64,000 nucleotides of DNA from Pyrodictiaceae archaeon (GTDB lineage Archaea; Thermoproteota; Thermoprotei_A; Sulfolobales; Pyrodictiaceae): NCBI GenBank assembly GCA_027036135.1, contig JALVSY010000007.1:260880-324879 (forward strand). The letters are read 5' to 3'. The position numbers and the translations under genes were made by a program. Numbering within the stretch: the stretch's first letter is position 1; each line of letters begins with the position of its first letter. Shown here piece after piece: positions 58,146-64,000 of this stretch. The notes below the pieces were generated by a model. The model was not told the origin of the DNA, made no database searches, and worked only from the letters and a program-made list of their open reading frames with translations.

Positions 58146-59704
58146 CTGGGCTGAGAAAGGGATGGAGACAAGCCAAGTGGGAGGAACCACTAGTATATGA
58201 TATAGGTGATCCAGAGAGAACTGGCTACATAATACCCTTCAGGGATGAAGAAGAGGAAATGCTTAGAGAACTCGGCTCCGAGCCCGAGGAGGCGCTCAAA
58301 GGAAAAGGATTACTGCGGGAAGAAGCACCGCCGCTACCGGGTATGAGCGAGGTCGAGGTTGTGCGCCATTTTACTCGGTTAAGCCAAATGAGCTACGGAG
58401 TCGATGTTGGCCCTGTCCCGCTCGGCTCATGTACAATGAAGTATAATCCCAAGATTAGCGAGGCTATAGTAAGAGATCCTCGCATAGCTTATCTTCACCC
58501 ATACCAGGACGAGGATACCGTCCAAGGGCTACTAGAGATACTATACCTTCTTGAGAAGTGGCTCGCTGAGCTAACCGGAATGGATAGGTGCAGCCTACAA
58601 CTCCCAGCAGGTGCTGCTGGCGAGCTGACGGGCGCACTAATGATTAAGAAGTATTTTAGCGACCAAGGCGAGAACCGCGACGAGATGCTCATACCTGACT
58701 CGGCACACGGCACTAACCCAGCTAGCGCAGCCATGGCCGGATTCAAGGTAATAAGGATACCATCGACTCAGAGCGGAACAGTTGATCTCAAGGCCGTAGA
58801 AGCTGTACTAGGTCCCCGTGTCGCCGGGATGATGCTAACAAACCCCAATACCCTTGGTATATTCGAGGATAAAATACTAGAGCTGGCCGACATGCTTCAC
58901 TCTAATAACTCGCTACTATACTATGATGGGGCAAACCTCAATGGCATAATGGGGCTGGTAAGGCCAGGCGACATGGGCTTCGACATAGTTCACCTAAACC
59001 TGCATAAGACATTCTCAACACCCCATGGCGGGGGAGGCCCCGGAGCTGGCGTAGTGTGCGCCAAGGAGCCTCTCGTTGATTACCTGCCACGGCCACTAGT
59101 GGAGAAGAAGGGCGACAAATACTACTGGGATTATAGATGCGAAAAATGTATTGGTAGAATGAGGGCCTATTACGGTAATATAGTGCCTCTTGTAAAGGCG
59201 TTCCTCTACATAGCCTCACTAGGCGGAGAAGGGCTAAGAGAAACAGCTATACAGAGCGTGATAAACACGAACTATTTTATAGCCTTAATAAGAGGTGCCA
59301 AAGGCTACGAGCTGCCATATGATCCTACGAGGCCTAGGAAGCACGAGGTCGTTATATCAGCCAGGCCACTAGAGAGGGAGACGGGAGTAAGAGCACTCGA
59401 TGTAGCCAAAGCATTACTGGACGAAGGCCTGCACGCTCCCACGATATACTTCCCGTTAATTGTTGACGAAGCACTCATGATAGAATTTACTGAGTCGGAG
59501 CCCCGCTGCGAAATAGAGAGATACGCTAATGTCTTAAAGAAAATCGCTGAAAAAGCCTACAAGAACCCTGAGGAAGTCAAGAAGACGCCGCGAAACACGG
59601 CAGTAACTAGACTTGACGACGTAGCCGCTAACCATCCTAGAAGCGTTACACCAACATACAGGGTGCTACTCAGGAGGCTCAAAGGCGAGAAGCTAATCCT
59701 CTAG
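58142..59704 (+). CDS. gcvPB: glycine dehydrogenase (decarboxylating) subunit 2
   Basis: PLGSCTMKYNP, SAHGTNPASA, and PLP-lysine motif NLHKTFSTPHGGGGPG. Confidence 0.96.
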   Translation: MTGLRKGWRQAKWEEPLVYDIGDPERTGYIIPFRDEEEEMLRELGSEPEEALKGKGLLREEAPPLPGMSEVEVVRHFTRLSQMSYGVDVGPVPLGSCTMKYNPKISEAIVRDPRIAYLHPYQDEDTVQGLLEILYLLEKWLAELTGMDRCSLQLPAGAAGELTGALMIKKYFSDQGENRDEMLIPDSAHGTNPASAAMAGFKVIRIPSTQSGTVDLKAVEAVLGPRVAGMMLTNPNTLGIFEDKILELADMLHSNNSLLYYDGANLNGIMGLVRPGDMGFDIVHLNLHKTFSTPHGGGGPGAGVVCAKEPLVDYLPRPLVEKKGDKYYWDYRCEKCIGRMRAYYGNIVPLVKAFLYIASLGGEGLRETAIQSVINTNYFIALIRGAKGYELPYDPTRPRKHEVVISARPLERETGVRALDVAKALLDEGLHAPTIYFPLIVDEALMIEFTESEPRCEIERYANVLKKIAEKAYKNPEEVKKTPRNTAVTRLDDVAANHPRSVTPTYRVLLRRLKGEKLIL

Positions 59705-60193
59705 AAGAACTTCTTCACCATATATCGTTTTTACAAGCTTTATTACGTACCTAGAATATTTATCAACAATATCCTTAGGAACCTGGCGTGCCCTCGGGCA
59801 CAAGGGGTCAATGATGACTCCTTCACCAGGAACATATACTAGAGGATACAACCTACACCCTAGAGGCCTATATGGATAAATCTTGCACCTACCAGTACGA
59901 GGATCTAGGAAAACACAATGCCCGTTCACGTTACGTAGCCGGGGTATCCTGTTTTCATCTACTTGGACGAAGTAGCTACGGGGATACCCTAGCTTCTCGA
60001 TACGCTCTATGTCTTCCTTTGTTAGCGGCATCTCAGTGTTATAGCAGCACTTAGCACAATACTTTCCTCCAGGTAGTCTGCAGTCAATATTGACCGAGAA
60101 GTGATCGCTAAAACCTGGTGAAGAGTACCCGCGGTCTTTCTTGCGATAATCTTTTCTCGATCTCCTCTCGTGAAGGTGCACTCTGGGCACCAC
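59693..60193 (-). CDS. YkgJ family Fe-S/zinc cluster protein (start uncertain)
   Basis: CAKCC, CVFLD...CKIYPYRPLGCRLYP. Confidence 0.85.
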   Translation of the reverse strand: MVPRVHLHERRSRKDYRKKDRGYSSPGFSDHFSVNIDCRLPGGKYCAKCCYNTEMPLTKEDIERIEKLGYPRSYFVQVDENRIPRLRNVNGHCVFLDPRTGRCKIYPYRPLGCRLYPLVYVPGEGVIIDPLCPRARQVPKDIVDKYSRYVIKLVKTIYGEEVLLED

Positions 60194-61025
60194 GCTTCAT
60201 TATTTTAAGCCCAGCAGCTATGCTAGCAGCCCGTAGTGCCTCTGATATGTTCTTACCTTCTGCTATATACGAGTTAAGTACGGATATGAAAACGTCGCCT
60301 GCCCCAGTTGTGTCTACGACTCTGCCCTCGGTATAGGCCTCGACAAAGTAGTAGCCTTCTCTAGTAACGAGTACAGCGCCCTGAGCTCCCTTCTTAAGCA
60401 AAATGTAGGTAAGCCTTCCTCTAAGCTTTTGAGCAAGTTCCTCTGGCTCGGATGAACCAAATATGAGGTCTGCTTCTACACGGTTCACAGCAATTAGGTC
60501 TACTAAGTTTGTTACCTCGTTTAACAGTTTACTCCCATACTGCCGGGCTATGCGGCCCCCAGGATCATAGCTAATAAATGATGAACTAATGCTTCTGGTA
60601 GCGCGCTTTACTATCTCGGGTTCACGGCTTGCTATATGTAGAATATCTGCCTCCGTGCTTGCCTCGTCTCCTCTGAGTAATAGATTAGCGCCACGCATGG
60701 TAGCCATTGCCCGCTTACCGTTCTGCGAGACCAGGATAACTACTATGCCCGGTTGCTTATCCCTATGGATAACGACGTGGTCTGTTTTTACTCCACTCTC
60801 TTTTAGCGCCTCTAGGAGAAAGGCTCCAAGCCCCTGTAGCCCCAGGTGTCCCACCAAGTAGGCCTCGTGGCCAAGACGTGCAGCTGCTACTGCATAGTTT
60901 GCCGCCGCGCCGCCGGGCCCCATGTATAGCTCTAGTGCCGTAGCGTCTTCATCGGGTCCCGGTATGTGGTCAACAACTACGTAAATGTCGAGATTAATGT
61001 TGCCTATTGCAACATGCCTCTTCAT
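60108..61025 (-). CDS. PfkB/ribokinase family carbohydrate or nucleoside kinase
   Basis: GGAAANYA, DPG, NRVE, KKGAQG, VDTTGAGD. Confidence 0.92.
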   Translation of the reverse strand: MKRHVAIGNINLDIYVVVDHIPGPDEDATALELYMGPGGAAANYAVAAARLGHEAYLVGHLGLQGLGAFLLEALKESGVKTDHVVIHRDKQPGIVVILVSQNGKRAMATMRGANLLLRGDEASTEADILHIASREPEIVKRATRSISSSFISYDPGGRIARQYGSKLLNEVTNLVDLIAVNRVEADLIFGSSEPEELAQKLRGRLTYILLKKGAQGAVLVTREGYYFVEAYTEGRVVDTTGAGDVFISVLNSYIAEGKNISEALRAASIAAGLKIMKRGAQSAPSREEIEKRLSQERPRVLFTRF

Positions 61026-61126
61026 AGCTACTCACGCATATGTGGTGCGCAGGTACGATGTAGTAAAGTGTTTAGAAATTTATTATTTGTCTGTGACGCG
61101 GCTATTTTAGCCCAGAGGGGCAGGCT

Positions 61127-62851
61127 ATGGCGAAGTGGATTGTAGCGTCTGCATGGCCATATGTTAACAACGTCCCGCATCTAGGTAACCTAATAGGCTC
61201 TATATTATCCGCTGACGTTTTCGCTAGGTACCTTAGGCTAAAGGGTGAGGACGTTATCTTTGTTAGTGGTAGCGATGAGCACGGAACACCTATAGAGATA
61301 GAGGCTATTAAGAGAGGCGTACATCCTAAACAGCTAACCGATCAAGCGCATGAATATATAACAGCTCTCTTCAAGCAGTACGGTATTAGCTTTGACAACT
61401 ATACCCGCACCGAGAGCGACGTGCATAAAGAGTTCGTTAAAGAATTTATGATGAAGCTCTACAATAATGGTTATATCTTTACGCAGGACGATATTCTTCC
61501 CTATTGTCCACGTGACAAGATGTTCTTACCCGACCGCTTTGTTGTCGGAACTTGTCCCTATTGTGGCTACCCTAATGCGCATGGGGACCAATGCGACAAT
61601 TGTGGAAGACTCTTACACCCAACAGAACTAATAAACCCTAGGTGCGCTATATGCGGAGGACCCGTAGAGTTCAGGAAGAGCAAGCACTGGTTCTTCGACC
61701 TGCCAAAGCTACAAGAGAAGCTACTACAATGGCTAGAGAATAGCAATCTTCCACCAAAGGTCAAGAACTATAGCATTAATTGGGTAAAGGAGGGGTTGAA
61801 ACCCCGAAGCGTTACCCGTGACAACAAATGGGGAATACCTGCCCCCTTCCCAGGAGCAGAGGGGAAGACAATATACGTGTGGTTTGATGCCCTCCTAGGC
61901 TACATCTCTGCTACAAAGGAGTATGGGATCAGGATAAATGACCCAGAGCTCTGGAAACGTTATTGGTTCGGCAAAGAGACTAGAACTGTGTACTTCATAG
62001 GCAAGGATAACATACCGTTCCACTCCATAATATTCCCTGCAATGCTTATGGCTAGTGGCGATCCCTATGTACTGCCATGGTTTATATCAGCTACGGAGTA
62101 TCTCCTATTCAAGGGAGAACAATTCTCTAAGAGCAGGCGCTGGGGAATATGGATAGATGAGGCCTTAGAACTACTCCCTGCCGACTACTGGAGATTCGTG
62201 CTCATAAGGATCCGCCCAGAGACAAAGGATACCGACTTTACCTGGAAAGAACTCGTAAAGATAGTTAACAAGGACATGAACGACGATATCGGGAACTTCA
62301 TTCATAGAGTGCTAAGATTCACCGAGACCCGGTTCAATAGCACGGTTCCCGAGCCAGGCGAGTTCGGTGAAATAGACAAGGAGTACAGCGGGTACATAAA
62401 GAGTGCGCCGGGACGCGTCTCGGAGCAAATGGAGTCGTTCCGCCTCAAGCAGGCACTCGAGGAGGTCATAGAGCTTGCTCGTAGAGGGAACCAGTACCTA
62501 AACGCCAAGGCACCATGGGACGCTATAAAGAAGAACCCGAGCGACGCGGCTACAACAATCTATGTCTCCATAAATGCTGTAGCAACGCTCGCAGTCCTAC
62601 TAGCACCCTTCACGCCGAGCAGTGCTGAGAAGCTCTGGAAGATGCTGAACATGCCTGGCAGTGTGCACAAGAAGGGAGTATGGAGAGAGGTGGAAGGAAA
62701 GTTCCTAGTGAGTCCCGGGCACCGTATAGGGAAGCCGGAGCCACTCTTCCACAAGCTGCCAGCAGATTTTGCAGAGAAGGCACCCCAGCTATTAGAGAGC
62801 GCTCGTAAGAGGGTGATGGAGAAGCGGCCACCATTGCTGCGCTGGCAATAA
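61127..62851 (+). CDS. metG: methionine--tRNA ligase (no C-terminal OB dimerisation domain)
   Basis: [19 protein letters not shown], zinc knuckles, [19 protein letters not shown]. Confidence 0.97.
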   Translation: MAKWIVASAWPYVNNVPHLGNLIGSILSADVFARYLRLKGEDVIFVSGSDEHGTPIEIEAIKRGVHPKQLTDQAHEYITALFKQYGISFDNYTRTESDVHKEFVKEFMMKLYNNGYIFTQDDILPYCPRDKMFLPDRFVVGTCPYCGYPNAHGDQCDNCGRLLHPTELINPRCAICGGPVEFRKSKHWFFDLPKLQEKLLQWLENSNLPPKVKNYSINWVKEGLKPRSVTRDNKWGIPAPFPGAEGKTIYVWFDALLGYISATKEYGIRINDPELWKRYWFGKETRTVYFIGKDNIPFHSIIFPAMLMASGDPYVLPWFISATEYLLFKGEQFSKSRRWGIWIDEALELLPADYWRFVLIRIRPETKDTDFTWKELVKIVNKDMNDDIGNFIHRVLRFTETRFNSTVPEPGEFGEIDKEYSGYIKSAPGRVSEQMESFRLKQALEEVIELARRGNQYLNAKAPWDAIKKNPSDAATTIYVSINAVATLAVLLAPFTPSSAEKLWKMLNMPGSVHKKGVWREVEGKFLVSPGHRIGKPEPLFHKLPADFAEKAPQLLESARKRVMEKRPPLLRWQ

Positions 62852-62870
62852 CTGGTAGCGTGGCGAGACA

Positions 62871-63323
62871 ATGAGGAAGCGGCTTATCAGAATACGGGGA
62901 GGCGCATCCTATTTTAATAAATTGCTTGAAGAATATATACAAATGATTTATCGCTATAATTCCGTCATAAGGGAGACAGGTTACTACCTTAAACCAGTGC
63001 ATATAGTGACTAAGCATACAAGTGACGGTAAGAAGACATACATCTATGTGGGCAGGTACTGGTGGCGCATAAAGTACGTGGGTAAGCGAGGGAAAACCTC
63101 AAGAATAAAATGGATGTACATTGGGCGCGTAAAGCCACCCGAGCTAAGGGACTACCCAGACCCACCCCAGCACCCGTTAGTCGGACTAACCGTTGCAATT
63201 GATGGAGACGATCTCCTAGTTGACGAGAAGGCCTTGAGAAAATACCGCTGGGTATTCGAGCCACTACTAAAACAGCAGAGCGATGCCAATAAGAGCCCCA
63301 GTACAGACACAACCAATGGATAG
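62871..63323 (+). CDS. conserved hypothetical basic protein
   Basis: GYYLKPVHIV...YVGRYWW...IKWMYIG, an aromatic/basic beta-rich pattern. Confidence 0.65.
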   Translation: MRKRLIRIRGGASYFNKLLEEYIQMIYRYNSVIRETGYYLKPVHIVTKHTSDGKKTYIYVGRYWWRIKYVGKRGKTSRIKWMYIGRVKPPELRDYPDPPQHPLVGLTVAIDGDDLLVDEKALRKYRWVFEPLLKQQSDANKSPSTDTTNG

Positions 63324-63325
63324 GA

Positions 63326-63397
63326 GGCGTGAGGAACCTTCCCCTCAGCAGAGCGACAAGCGATGAAGATGAGCCATCTTGGCGGCCGCCACCGAGA
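63326..63397 (+). ncRNA. C/D box guide sRNA candidate
   Basis: C GTGAGGA (63329), guide ACCTTCCCCTCAG, D' CAGA (63349), GC/GC mini-hairpin, C' ATGAAGA (63363), D CCGA (63392). Confidence 0.6.
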
Positions 63398-63449
63398 ACA
63401 CGCTATCTCCTCCCACCTAGTTATCTAAGAACGATACTGGTGGACATTG

Positions 63450-64000
63450 TTGACCGAGGTAAGGGTCAGGATACTAGCAGCTGATAGCATGGGAGTACGC
63501 TCCATGGCTACCATAGTTGAGGCCGGCGGCGTGAAAATAGCTATTGATCCAGGTGTTAGTTACGCGCCTCGCCGATATGGGCTGCCTCCTCATCCGCGAG
63601 AGCTTGAGAGGCTCGAGGAGAAGAAAGAACTGATATACAGAGAGCTAATGGATACTGATATAATTGTTATAACCCATTACCACTACGATCACTATTTGTA
63701 CCATGATGATGAAGCCGAGTACTACAAGAACAAGATTCTCTTGATAAAGGATCCACGCCACAGCATAAACGTTAGCCAGAGGATAAGGGCCCATCGTCTT
63801 CTAAAGAAGATGGGTGTTGAGAACATTGCAAAAGATATACATATTCTTGATAACAATGTATACGAGATCGATAAGGGACTCGTAATAAGGGGGTCTCCTC
63901 CCGTCCCACACGGACCCGATGGCTCAAAGCTCGGCTACATAGCCATGGTCCTTATAGAGTGTTGCGGGGAACGAATAGTTCACGCCTCTGATGTTCAGGG
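63450..64000 (+). CDS. UPF0282-type metallo-beta-lactamase fold protein (3' truncated by window edge; not in ORF track)
   Basis: TTG start after GGTGG. Reads MTEVRVRILAADSMGVRSMATIVEAGGVKIAIDPGVSYAPRRYGLPPHP...ITHYHYDH...PVPHG...HASDVQG. Confidence 0.85.
   Translation, partial: MTEVRVRILAADSMGVRSMATIVEAGGVKIAIDPGVSYAPRRYGLPPHPRELERLEEKKELIYRELMDTDIIVITHYHYDHYLYHDDEAEYYKNKILLIKDPRHSINVSQRIRAHRLLKKMGVENIAKDIHILDNNVYEIDKGLVIRGSPPVPHGPDGSKLGYIAMVLIECCGERIVHASDVQ

Noticed and set aside
1-64000. CRISPR or TIGR-like arrays, rRNA genes, proviral integrase or att sites; numerous 60-160 aa antisense ORFs
   Set aside because: No regularly spaced direct repeats, rRNA sequence or integrase were seen by eye. 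The antisense ORFs lie inside well-supported genes and lack motifs.

Overview
Housekeeping-rich segment of a hyperthermophilic crenarchaeal (Thermoproteota) chromosome. Desulfurococcales/Pyrodictiaceae is the likely lineage, inferred from the crenarchaeal SSB, stand-alone EF-2, short MetRS, CCA-encoded tRNAs with bulge-helix-bulge introns and dense C/D sRNA genes. It carries an oligopeptide ABC operon, hemL-hemC-cobA-hemD, glycine cleavage gcvT/gcvPA/gcvPB, gatB/gatC, trpS, metG, EF-2, rnhB, taw1, pncB, a ClC channel and three tRNAs (Gln-TTG and Thr-CGT with 37/38 introns, initiator Met). About a dozen C/D-box guide sRNA candidates lie in intergenic DNA. No CRISPR array or rRNA gene was seen. 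The most notable observations are: (1) a triply frameshifted, zinc-finger-less TnpB-like RuvC gene with no room for a downstream omega-RNA but a ~180-nt highly structured, C/D-box-containing element directly upstream; (2) a HhH-containing radical SAM gene paired with a stand-alone ArcS-like (DUF5591-type) gene; (3) a C/D sRNA whose internal hairpin appears complementary to its own rRNA target; (4) a 53-aa C2H2 zinc-finger gene missed by the ORF track; (5) a probable DSP-HD pseudo-phosphatase overlapping rnhB. All rRNA/tRNA target matches come from my recollection of conserved crenarchaeal sequences and need verification against this organism's own RNAs.
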